From a virus (taxonomy: Duplodnaviria; Heunggongvirae; Uroviricota; Caudoviricetes), in the IMG/VR virus record IMGVR_UViG_3300040810_000833, positions 64,001 through 96,055 of that record: a stretch of DNA of 32,055 nucleotides, one strand, 5' to 3'. Within the stretch, counting starts at the first letter, position 1, and each line of letters opens with the position of its first letter. Under the pieces are notes generated by a model. It worked only from the letters and a program-made list of their open reading frames with translations, ran no database searches and was not told the DNA's origin. Below, piece after piece: positions 18,842-25,371 of this stretch. Position numbers and translations under genes: made by a program.

Positions 18842-19023
18842 TGTTTAGGTATGACTTATCAGACAAAAAACTAAGGGATCATGAAGATCGCGTTGTTGGG
18901 TCTGTAAAGAACAACAGATTTACTCAAGATGGCTGTCACGAACACTACAAAAACGGATTTGTCCCTAGAGAGCTTGAGCAAATCTCCGAGGCTCTACAGA
19001 GGGGTGGAGTGAATTACCTGTGA
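18838..19023 (+). CDS. Hypothetical protein
   Basis: 61 aa, overlaps both neighbours. Confidence 0.55.
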   Translation: MMFRYDLSDKKLRDHEDRVVGSVKNNRFTQDGCHEHYKNGFVPRELEQISEALQRGGVNYL

Positions 19024-19520
19024 AGAAGTGTCTCGTTGTTAACTCTGACATGACGCCACTCTCCATTATTCCGCTAAGGAGGTCGATGACCCTTGATCTT
19101 TACAGTGATAGGGTTACGGCATTATCTTATTATGCGGATTCATCTATACGCAGCGAGTCTATATCGCATAGAATTCCAGCCGTCATGATGTGCGTTAATT
19201 ACGTAAACGCGACAATGGTCAAGCGTCCAACAAAAAGAAACATAAGACTCAGAGATGACAACAAATGTGCTTATTGTGGAAGTTATTTAACCAAGTGTAG
19301 CTTCAGCATTGATCATGTTATTCCAAAGAGTAGATTCAATCAATCGTCTGCGGCAAACACATGGAAGAATCAGGTTGCCTGCTGCATCCCCTGCAATCTA
19401 AAAAAGGGGGACAGAACGCCGGAAGAGGCTGGGATGACACTACTAATAATCCCAAAAAAAGTTCACGGTATTGTCGTTGGGAGTGAAATTCCTAATGAAT
19501 GGATTCCGTATTTGGGGTAA
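19020..19520 (+). CDS. HNH endonuclease (McrA-like)
   Basis: RDDNKCAYCG, IDHVIPKSR, W.N.VACCIPCNLKKGDRTPEEAGM. Confidence 0.9.
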   Translation: MKKCLVVNSDMTPLSIIPLRRSMTLDLYSDRVTALSYYADSSIRSESISHRIPAVMMCVNYVNATMVKRPTKRNIRLRDDNKCAYCGSYLTKCSFSIDHVIPKSRFNQSSAANTWKNQVACCIPCNLKKGDRTPEEAGMTLLIIPKKVHGIVVGSEIPNEWIPYLG

Positions 19521-19529
19521 TAGTTTATT

Positions 19530-20153
19530 ATGGGAAGATCATTTCAAATAATAAGAGCTGTCGAGGAGAGACTGGACCTAAATAGGTCTTTGTCTCTTCT
19601 TGGCATTTCTGAGGAGCAGCTTAACTCTTTACTGACTCCTCCTCCAAGTGATGATAGTATCGACACATTGATTGAACTAAGTGATGTGGTGAAATGGTCA
19701 TGCAGACTAAACAGTATGCCCGCCAACAAGACAGTCGCTTTGGACGTCGACGAGGATGCTGGAGTCATTCATAAACGCCTCGTCGGGATGAAAGATTCTT
19801 CAGAGTTCGATAAATTCTACGCTGTCCTTCATCCGGTGATTCTGCATCTTAAGGATCACTTTAATAGATCAAGGCCATACGATCTCAGTCGAAGGGTTTG
19901 TTATATCCCATCAGAGACCCATATCGGCTTTAAATCCTATCCGTCAGGCCACACGGCGTATGCAGCACTTCTCGAAAAATTCCTTTCGGAAAAGCACCCA
20001 CACCTAAGCAAGTCACTAAACAAGGCAACTAGAGAAGTTGGAATGACACGGATATTGATGGGTGTTCACTTTAAGTCAGACAATGATGCCTCTATCGCAC
20101 TTGTCGATAAACTTTGGCCCATAATGAAAGGCGGTAAAGATGAGAGCAAGTGA
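19530..20153 (+). CDS. PAP2/vanadium haloperoxidase-superfamily phosphatase
   Basis: K..FNRSRP, SYPSGH, R...GVHF.SD three-motif signature. Confidence 0.85.
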   Translation: MGRSFQIIRAVEERLDLNRSLSLLGISEEQLNSLLTPPPSDDSIDTLIELSDVVKWSCRLNSMPANKTVALDVDEDAGVIHKRLVGMKDSSEFDKFYAVLHPVILHLKDHFNRSRPYDLSRRVCYIPSETHIGFKSYPSGHTAYAALLEKFLSEKHPHLSKSLNKATREVGMTRILMGVHFKSDNDASIALVDKLWPIMKGGKDESK

Positions 20154-20490
20154 TATTGATTACCTAAGAGAGTCCTCTTTTAATGAAGTCGTTGAAGGTT
20201 CTGGCCGAGTTGGCTCTCCGGGCTTATACTACAACGAGCGGAAAGTCGCTTACCATGCGATATTTGATGAGGCTCAGAAGATCTACGGAGGTCTGAATCA
20301 GACGGACTGTGAGATGCTCAGTAGACGTGCTCTAAAGCGTCGATTCATGAATAGGCTAGTTGTAGTCGGGAGCGATCAGGAGAAGCCATCAGGGTTCATT
20401 CCTGCATTTGTATGGGCTTGGATTATAAGATATATTGCGACATGGATTGTGAATAAGATAGTCGATCATATCTTTTCAAATTATAGATAA
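20140..20490 (+). CDS. Hypothetical protein
   Basis: 116 aa, hydrophobic C-terminus, overlap with upstream gene. Confidence 0.6.
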   Translation: MRASDIDYLRESSFNEVVEGSGRVGSPGLYYNERKVAYHAIFDEAQKIYGGLNQTDCEMLSRRALKRRFMNRLVVVGSDQEKPSGFIPAFVWAWIIRYIATWIVNKIVDHIFSNYR

Positions 20491-20511
20491 AAAAGGCCCC
20501 TTTCGGGGCCT
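20489..20511 (-). terminator. Terminator between convergent operons
   Basis: Minus strand AGGCCCC-GAAA-GGGGCCT followed by a T-run. Confidence 0.85.
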
Positions 20512-20515
20512 CGGA

Positions 20516-21748
20516 TCATGAGACTTCTTCTTGGTCGACGTAGTCGTCATTTTCCTTTGCGATTCCCTCAAGCACCTTGAATGTCCAACCTTTATGCTTG
20601 TAGGCTCTCCATTCAGACGAGTCAACCCTAACACAAACCCCCTCCCTGACATGTCTTGTGTCAATGGGGTCTTCGCCGTCAGAGAGAGAATCAACTCTTT
20701 CAATAAGTGACTCTTGATCTCCATCGTAAATGAATCTGTCGAGTTCTGGGACATGTTTAACATCCCATTGCTCACACTTCTTCTTTACTTGATCCCAAGT
20801 TAGGTCGATGGTAGTTCCGTTTGGTAGAACATACGCAATACGGTAAATATAGATGTCAAACTCTCCAGGATTGCAGCCATAAGAGTATGTCATCGTCTCT
20901 CCGTAACGCTTTGCCTCTTTTGATTTATTTGTAGAGTGAGATGGCATAATAGACTTCTGCCCCTCATAACCAACAACTTCAAAAAAGACCTGCATATGAT
21001 CTTCTAAGTACGGCATAATACGACGAGCCACGGCATCACGCCAAGACTCTGAGTAGTATCCACCACCCTTACCTTTTAACGTAACCCTTCGCGTGCCATT
21101 GTATTCCCTCATCCCTTGAGTTCTTGAAAACCCAATAAGGTTAAACAGCTTGTCATACCACCTTGATTCTGCTTCTTCGATGTTTTTCGCAACACGCTGA
21201 GAAGTTCCATGCATTTTCAATGTCACGACGAGCGTCTGCCCTGCTTTGAGATCTGCGGTAGATCTTGCTAGGTGATCAGTTTCTTTATGCTCTGGAAACA
21301 CTGTGTACTTTTTAGATGCTTGATTTCTTGACATTCTTTCTGTTTTTGGCGTAATGTACTTTTTAGCAATTTCTACGCCGCAAAACTCAGTAATTTTATC
21401 ACCTGGGTTTAATACTGAAGTATCTCCGAAAGAACCTAAGTAAGAAATCGGGCACCAAAATCCACAGGACTTAATTCCCCGAAATTTCTGTGCTCTAACC
21501 CTTCGGTTTTCTTCAAACATTCCACCGGCCTTAGATCCGTCTTCGTTCTTTCTACGAACTAGGTCGTTGACTGCCGCAAAATCATACCCAAGCTGGAGTT
21601 CGCACGGAAAGTATAAACCAAGTGCATTGTCTTCTGTGTCTTTGGATACGATCACCGTTTCTCCACAAACATTACCAACCGCCAAGGAGTGAACTTCTGG
21701 GTCGGGGTGTGGAGTGACTTTGACTCTTGAAACAATCGCTGCGTGCAT
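20516..21748 (-). CDS. ATP-dependent RNA ligase (DRB0094/Rnl2-like) with N-terminal OB-like domain
   Basis: TLKMHGTS (motif I), FFEVVG, FDIYIY, REGVCVR, AYKHK nucleotidyltransferase motifs; AGGAGG RBS. Confidence 0.85.
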   Translation of the reverse strand: MHAAIVSRVKVTPHPDPEVHSLAVGNVCGETVIVSKDTEDNALGLYFPCELQLGYDFAAVNDLVRRKNEDGSKAGGMFEENRRVRAQKFRGIKSCGFWCPISYLGSFGDTSVLNPGDKITEFCGVEIAKKYITPKTERMSRNQASKKYTVFPEHKETDHLARSTADLKAGQTLVVTLKMHGTSQRVAKNIEEAESRWYDKLFNLIGFSRTQGMREYNGTRRVTLKGKGGGYYSESWRDAVARRIMPYLEDHMQVFFEVVGYEGQKSIMPSHSTNKSKEAKRYGETMTYSYGCNPGEFDIYIYRIAYVLPNGTTIDLTWDQVKKKCEQWDVKHVPELDRFIYDGDQESLIERVDSLSDGEDPIDTRHVREGVCVRVDSSEWRAYKHKGWTFKVLEGIAKENDDYVDQEEVS

Positions 21749-21795
21749 TTTAGATTCCTCCTAGTTAAAAGACTGTTTGATCAATTCGCTCTGGC

Positions 21796-21823
21796 ATTCT
21801 ACAGCCAGTATCGTCATTGTCAA
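21796..21823 (-). promoter_or_regulatory. Sigma70-type promoter for RNA ligase gene
   Basis: TTGACA-N16-TAGAAT. Confidence 0.75.
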
Positions 21824-21848
21824 TGCGTTTCATCAAGAAAATTCAAAT

Positions 21849-21879
21849 AAAAAAGCCCGTTTGGATAACAAGGGCGGGC
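21849..21879 (-). terminator. Terminator ending the tmRNA coding piece
   Basis: GCCCG...CGGGC stem followed by T6. Confidence 0.75.
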
Positions 21880-22017
21880 AACCCCCCGTGACTACTCACG
21901 CAGCCATTGCGACATTTCTGCCTGCATTTATTTTTGATTAGATTTTTTAGCTGGCCCTTCTAATCACCCAGCACATGCAGTCGTTACCTACGTCACCTGT
22001 CAATTCCATTCACCCCC
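21855..22017 (-). ncRNA. ssrA: Two-piece tmRNA, coding piece
   Basis: 5' GGGGGTGAATGGAATTGACAGG (acceptor 5' strand plus D-loop); H-type pseudoknot GCTGG/CCAGC with GATTAGA/TCTAATC; AAAAATAAAT before the resume codon; tag ORF; stop-codon hairpin CGTGA-GTAG-TCACG. Confidence 0.9.
21896..21925 (-). other. tmRNA tag reading frame AGRNVAMAA*
   Basis: GCA GGC AGA AAT GTC GCA ATG GCT GCG TGA; hydrophobic AA C-terminus of ssrA degrons. Confidence 0.85.
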
Positions 22018-22556
22018 GTTGTTTTAGTAACTGCTCGTGCGAATTCTATAACATCTTCATCTGAAAATTTATTTCGAGCAAAGTTAAACATAACAGAAAC
22101 AAATCTAACATTGTCTACAGCATACCCTTTTGAATTATCAATTCTATCAAGACTTGCTGTTTTTAATCTTAATTTGTAGTTCTTAGATTGAGTTGGAAGT
22201 TCTAATGCCCAGCCAGTAAGAGGACAAATGCCTTTTTGAGAGTCCCAGATTTCTTTCAGAGATTCTAAAGTTATAGTAATTTCTTTACCTCTTCTGTGTA
22301 GTCTCCTAAAAGTTTCTCTAAATGGTGATAGCTCGTCAGCTCTGTTTCCAGCACGCTGAGATATGTCAAAATCACTTAGGTCTCTTATTCTTTTTAAATG
22401 ACTTAGTTGCTCAGGCTGTTTACCTGAACAAGACAGTCCACAATAAAACTTATCTTTACCCAACCTTATTCTTCTGTTATATTCTCCCTTCGATTTTTCA
22501 AATTCTTTGTTACAGGTTTCGCAGACGAGGGTTACTGTTTTCATCACAATCTCCAT
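21993..22556 (-). CDS. HNH-type (His-Me finger) endonuclease-like protein in the tmRNA intervening segment
   Basis: N-terminal CxxC...YCxxxC zinc motif; QKGICPLTG, SLDRIDNSKGY..DNV, N..RN motifs typical of phage homing-endonuclease-like proteins. Confidence 0.75.
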   Translation of the reverse strand: MEIVMKTVTLVCETCNKEFEKSKGEYNRRIRLGKDKFYCGLSCSGKQPEQLSHLKRIRDLSDFDISQRAGNRADELSPFRETFRRLHRRGKEITITLESLKEIWDSQKGICPLTGWALELPTQSKNYKLRLKTASLDRIDNSKGYAVDNVRFVSVMFNFARNKFSDEDVIEFARAVTKTTGVNGIDR

Positions 22557-22629
22557 TTAAGGTAATAGTAGTTTTATATCATACCATACACCAAAAACGA
22601 TGGAGAGCGTAAGAAAAAAAAATGGAGAG

Positions 22630-22706
22630 TGGAGGTGGGGGGCAACGATCCCCCGTCCAGTCTGATTTCAATAACAACGTCTACATGTTTATCCGGCTTA
22701 CGCCAG
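22630..22706 (-). ncRNA. ssrA: Two-piece tmRNA, acceptor piece
   Basis: CTGGC-GTAA-GCCGG hairpin, AAACATGTAG, then GGAC-GGGGG-ATCGTTG-CCCCC (T arm)-CACCTCC-A; pairs with GGGGGTG at 22017-22011 giving G3.U70 Ala identity; ACATGTA pairs with TGCATGT of the coding piece. Confidence 0.9.
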
Positions 22707-22709
22707 AAA

Positions 22710-22821
22710 AGGAGGGGCTGGACTCGAACCAGCATCAGGTTCCGACTTAGGAACGTGCCTTCCTCTTGGCACTTATTGGTATACTGCGTCCAGTATTGCC
22801 CGTCTTTATCATCACCCTCCC
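22710..22821 (-). ncRNA. Non-canonical tRNA-like RNA (acceptor + T arm + three hairpins)
   Basis: GGGAGGG/CCCTCCT acceptor, GCTGG-TTCGAGT-CCAGC T arm, hairpins ATACTG/CAGTAT, GTGCC/GGCAC (8-nt loop), GTTCC/GGAAC; no canonical D arm or anticodon loop. Confidence 0.65.
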
Positions 22822-22831
22822 CTAAAACTCT

Positions 22832-22885
22832 AACAAGTGGTGGTTCACTAAGAGGTTATCTTAGCCATTATGAACGTCGCTTGTT
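22832..22885. other. Long imperfect hairpin between tRNA-like RNAs
   Basis: AACAAGTGGTG/CGTCGCTTGTT, TTCA/TGAA, CTAAGA/TCTTAG. Confidence 0.55.
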
Positions 22886-22895
22886 TTTCATTAAT

Positions 22896-23027
22896 TGATG
22901 GCCGGTGGAGTCGAACCACCATATGCGGTATATCTACCTATTTGCTCTCCAAGATAAAAGGGAATCGAACCCTAACGCCCTAACCACTAGGAAAACGGAG
23001 TCGAACCGTCTACATTCCAACGCCATC
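22896..23027 (-). ncRNA. tRNA-like RNA with three T-arms
   Basis: GATGGC/GCCATC closing stem plus discriminator A; arms GACGG-TTCGACT-CCGTT, AGGG-TTCGATT-CCCT, GGTGG-TTCGACT-CCACC. Confidence 0.75.
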
Positions 23028-23030
23028 TAA

Positions 23031-23114
23031 TAGGAGAAGAGGGATTCGAACCCCCGAAGGCATAATGCCGCTAGATTTACAGTCTAGTCCTTTTGGCCGC
23101 TTAGGTATTCTCCT
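23031..23114 (-). tRNA. tRNA-Tyr(GTA)
   Basis: CTAGA-CT-GTA-AA-TCTAG anticodon arm, long variable arm, TTCGAAT T loop, AGGAGAA/TTCTCCT acceptor. Confidence 0.93.
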
Positions 23115-23119
23115 ATAAA

Positions 23120-23255
23120 AATCAGACAAGTCAAGGTTACGTTGTGTTTTTATCACCGGCAGTATTTCTACGTCTTTCCCTCATATATTGCTATATGTCC
23201 AGTGTTTATTTCACAATAACTACGGTCTTTAGCCCCTTGATACATTAACCTGATT
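23120..23255 (-). ncRNA. Candidate structured ncRNA rich in GNRA hairpins
   Basis: AATCAGG/TCTGATT and TCAAGG/CCTTGA closing stems; TTATT-GTGA-AATAA, CATATA-GCAA-TATATG, GTA-GAAA-TAC. Confidence 0.55.
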
Positions 23256-23261
23256 AAATAA

Positions 23262-23400
23262 CGCCGCATAATGGAATCGAACCATTTTCTCCCGGGCACC
23301 CCGGTTGTTTTAACACTATATCACATTTCGCGAAAATGTCAAGTGCGAATTCTCTAAATTTAGCTACGATCTAGAAAGCTCTCCATTAAACTAATGCGGC
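23262..23400 (-). ncRNA. tRNA-like RNA with a large insertion containing a promoter
   Basis: GCCGCAT/ATGCGGC acceptor, TAGTTTAATGG D-arm, AATGG-TTCGATT-CCATT T arm, 9-bp stem with 9-nt loop, then about 60 extra nt. Confidence 0.65.
23315..23342 (-). promoter_or_regulatory. Sigma70-type promoter inside the tRNA-like element
   Basis: TTGACA-N16-TATAGT, extended -10 (TGn), inverted repeat ACATTT-TCGCG-AAATGT. Confidence 0.7.
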
Positions 23401-23477
23401 AATCCTCACCTATTCGACGAACTCAAACCAGTTCTATTTGCTCATTATTCCATCCTTAGAATGTGTCACAAAACTGA

Positions 23478-23521
23478 GCCAGATGGACACTCAGCCAAAA
23501 GGTATTGAGCATCCATCTGAC
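23478..23521 (-). other. Long hairpin downstream of rsr
   Basis: GTCAGATGGA/TCCATCTGGC plus TGCTCA/TGAGTG, with G.U pairs in the minus orientation. Confidence 0.6.
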
Positions 23522-23544
23522 TAAAATCAAAGATTCGACTTTCT

Positions 23545-24915
23545 TCATTGGGCTTCTGCAATAAATCTCAGGAATTGATCCGACCATCCCGAAATTTCTG
23601 CATCCCATACACCCCTGTAATTAATTCCATTTTGGTGACAACTTACATCAATGATGTAGTTTTTCTTGCCAAATGGACTTGGGGCTTTATTGGTGAGGTC
23701 GCAGTCTTGGCTGTCGCTGAACACAATAACTGTGTCGGTATTCTTTTCAAGTGGTCTTAGGTGATCCATACACTGCCGTGTAAAAATACCCCCGTAGCCA
23801 GCAGCGTTCTTGTTTGCACGAATCTCTTTCATTAATCCAAAACCGCGAAGGTTAGAAACTTTAATTGTCCTGTGTGTAGTATAGCCTCCCGCTGTAATGT
23901 AAATAGAAACCCCTTCGCACATTTCTGCCGCCATCATAGCCATAGAAATTCCCACGTCAAGTCTTGTATGTTTAGATTTTACGGAAATAGGACAATTCAT
24001 ACTTCCAGACACATCAAGGACAAAAACTGTCTCCCCCTTAATTTTTGGCAGTTCTGATAAGCAACGGAACATTAAGCCTTCCAAGTCAGGCATAAAGTCC
24101 GGGGCAGCTTCTGCAGCCTTGATAAAATCAACGGGAAGCAATGCTGATGTAGAGCATTGACTGATAGCTTTTCGGATGTTGGCCTTAGATACTCCAACCT
24201 GCTGCATGTTTCGTAAATTCCTCAGAACCGCTAAGGCACCAAGGCTCCGACTAGAAATCATATCTTCCCAGATATTCTTTTTTTCCTCATCTGACTTGGC
24301 TGCTGAATAACGAACCTCCCAAGTGTCTGGAGAGGTCAGTGTGCCATTAGCTAATTCCTTAAATAACAGTGACTGCTCTTGGTCTTTTGGTTTTGGGTGT
24401 GTCAGGAACAGAATGTCACGTAGACGAATATCAGCATCTCTATTCCACTTTGAGAGTTGATATCTGTCAAAATTAACCATTGCATCAGCCATTCCAAGTC
24501 GCAGCTGTCGAGAGATAGGCGTTCTTCCTTCTCTCCAGTAAAGAGCGAGTAGTTCAGTCAGTTGATCTGGTCGTGTACATACCTGCCGCACAGTTTCACG
24601 AACGAACGGTGCGTGCGTTTTGTATCGACACATTTCACGCACAACGAGCAATGGAACATGTCGCAGCTTCTGATCTCGTCGTGCAGAGACCGCTAAATCA
24701 GCACAGAATTTACCACTAACTGTTGGAATTAACTTACAAATCTCTGAGGCGATTTCAACACCGTCTTGATATGCGTTATCTTCCCATAGCAAACAGGTAA
24801 GAACCATACGCTTCAGTTCGTTTTCGTTCGACTGATTCGCTGCACGCAGGCCTTTACCTCCAGCAAGTCTTGCTGTCTTCATTTGCGGTGTTTTTGTTCT
24901 TACGTTGGTTCTCAT
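23545..24915 (-). CDS. rsr: Ro60 / TROVE-domain RNA-binding protein
   Basis: ELKRMVLTCLLWED..Y, KLRHVP, RPDQLTELL, FDRYQLSKW, TWE, LGALAVLRNLRNM, and vWA MIDAS FVLDVSGSM...FSDSQD; AAGGAG RBS. Confidence 0.92.
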   Translation of the reverse strand: MRTNVRTKTPQMKTARLAGGKGLRAANQSNENELKRMVLTCLLWEDNAYQDGVEIASEICKLIPTVSGKFCADLAVSARRDQKLRHVPLLVVREMCRYKTHAPFVRETVRQVCTRPDQLTELLALYWREGRTPISRQLRLGMADAMVNFDRYQLSKWNRDADIRLRDILFLTHPKPKDQEQSLLFKELANGTLTSPDTWEVRYSAAKSDEEKKNIWEDMISSRSLGALAVLRNLRNMQQVGVSKANIRKAISQCSTSALLPVDFIKAAEAAPDFMPDLEGLMFRCLSELPKIKGETVFVLDVSGSMNCPISVKSKHTRLDVGISMAMMAAEMCEGVSIYITAGGYTTHRTIKVSNLRGFGLMKEIRANKNAAGYGGIFTRQCMDHLRPLEKNTDTVIVFSDSQDCDLTNKAPSPFGKKNYIIDVSCHQNGINYRGVWDAEISGWSDQFLRFIAEAQ

Positions 24916-24932
24916 TTAAATCTCCTTATGGC

Positions 24933-24967
24933 AAAAAAAAAGAATGCACGGCATACACCGTGCATTC
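24933..24967 (-). terminator. Rho-independent terminator between the tRNA/Y RNA block and rsr
   Basis: GAATGCACGG-TGTATG-CCGTGCATTC followed by T9. Confidence 0.9.
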
Positions 24968-24982
24968 GCAAGCGTTCAAAAG

Positions 24983-25054
24983 CTGGCCAGGTAGGGATCG
25001 AACCTACAGCCCCTCGGTTAACAGCCGAGTGCTCTACCATTGAGCTACAAGCCA
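24983..25054 (-). tRNA. tRNA-Asn(GTT)
   Basis: CTCGG-CT-GTT-AA-CCGAG, canonical D and T arms, G73. Confidence 0.93.
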
Positions 25055-25060
25055 AAATTC

Positions 25061-25133
25061 GAGGTAACAAGCGAATACAGGGTTTTTGGACAGATTTTTA
25101 GTTCTGTTGATGAAGCTGTATTCTACGACACTC
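25061..25133 (-). ncRNA. Y RNA-like gene 1 (short, no tRNA domain)
   Basis: GTGTCGTAGAATACAGCTTCATC...CTGTATTCGCTTGTTACC; same scaffold as 25214-25290 and 25372-25519. Confidence 0.75.
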
Positions 25134-25136
25134 AAT

Positions 25137-25209
25137 TGTAGGATAAGGGATTCGAACCCTTAACTTCTGCTTGGAAGGCAGGCGTTTTAGCCATTGAAAC
25201 TAATCCTAC
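25137..25209 (-). tRNA. tRNA-Gly(TCC)
   Basis: CCTGC-CT-TCC-AA-GCAGA, GTAGGAT/ATCCTAC acceptor; atypical A73. Confidence 0.88.
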
Positions 25210-25213
25210 GTTT

Positions 25214-25290
25214 CTTACCAGAAGGCAACATTCGATTACAGCTTTTTACCTATAAAACGATGAATCTGCAATCTACAGCACTTTAGTAAG
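25214..25290 (-). ncRNA. Y RNA-like gene 2 (short, diverged Ro-binding motif)
   Basis: GTGCTGTAGATTGCAGATTCATC...TAAAAAG-CTGTAATCGAATGTTGCC with outer CTTACTA/TGGTAAG stem. Confidence 0.7.
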
Positions 25291-25293
25291 AAT

Positions 25294-25364
25294 TGGGGAT
25301 ACGGGAGTCGAACCCGCTGTCTTCGGCTTATGAGGCCGCTATGTAAACCGTTTCACTCATCCCC
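25294..25364 (-). tRNA. tRNA with CAT anticodon (elongator Met or lysidine Ile2)
   Basis: GCGGC-CT-CAT-AA-GCCGA; paired G1-C72 and no three G-C anticodon pairs, so not initiator. Confidence 0.88.
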
Positions 25365-25371
25365 TACAATA

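Noticed and set aside
19530-20153. PAP2 phosphatase as RNA end-healing partner of the ligase
   Set aside because: It is on the opposite strand in a separate operon, and PAP2 enzymes are not established RNA 3'-phosphatases
22710-22821. tRNA-Sec or suppressor tRNA
   Set aside because: No TCA/CTA/TTA anticodon in a 7-nt loop and no Sec-type acceptor/D arm geometry
22832-22885. SRP (4.5S) RNA
   Set aside because: Lacks the GNRA-capped helix 8 with the CAGG/AGCA internal loop
23120-23255. RNase P RNA (GAGGGAAAGAC resembles GAGGAAAGUC)
   Set aside because: Too short, and no convincing P4 partner or CR-V sequence
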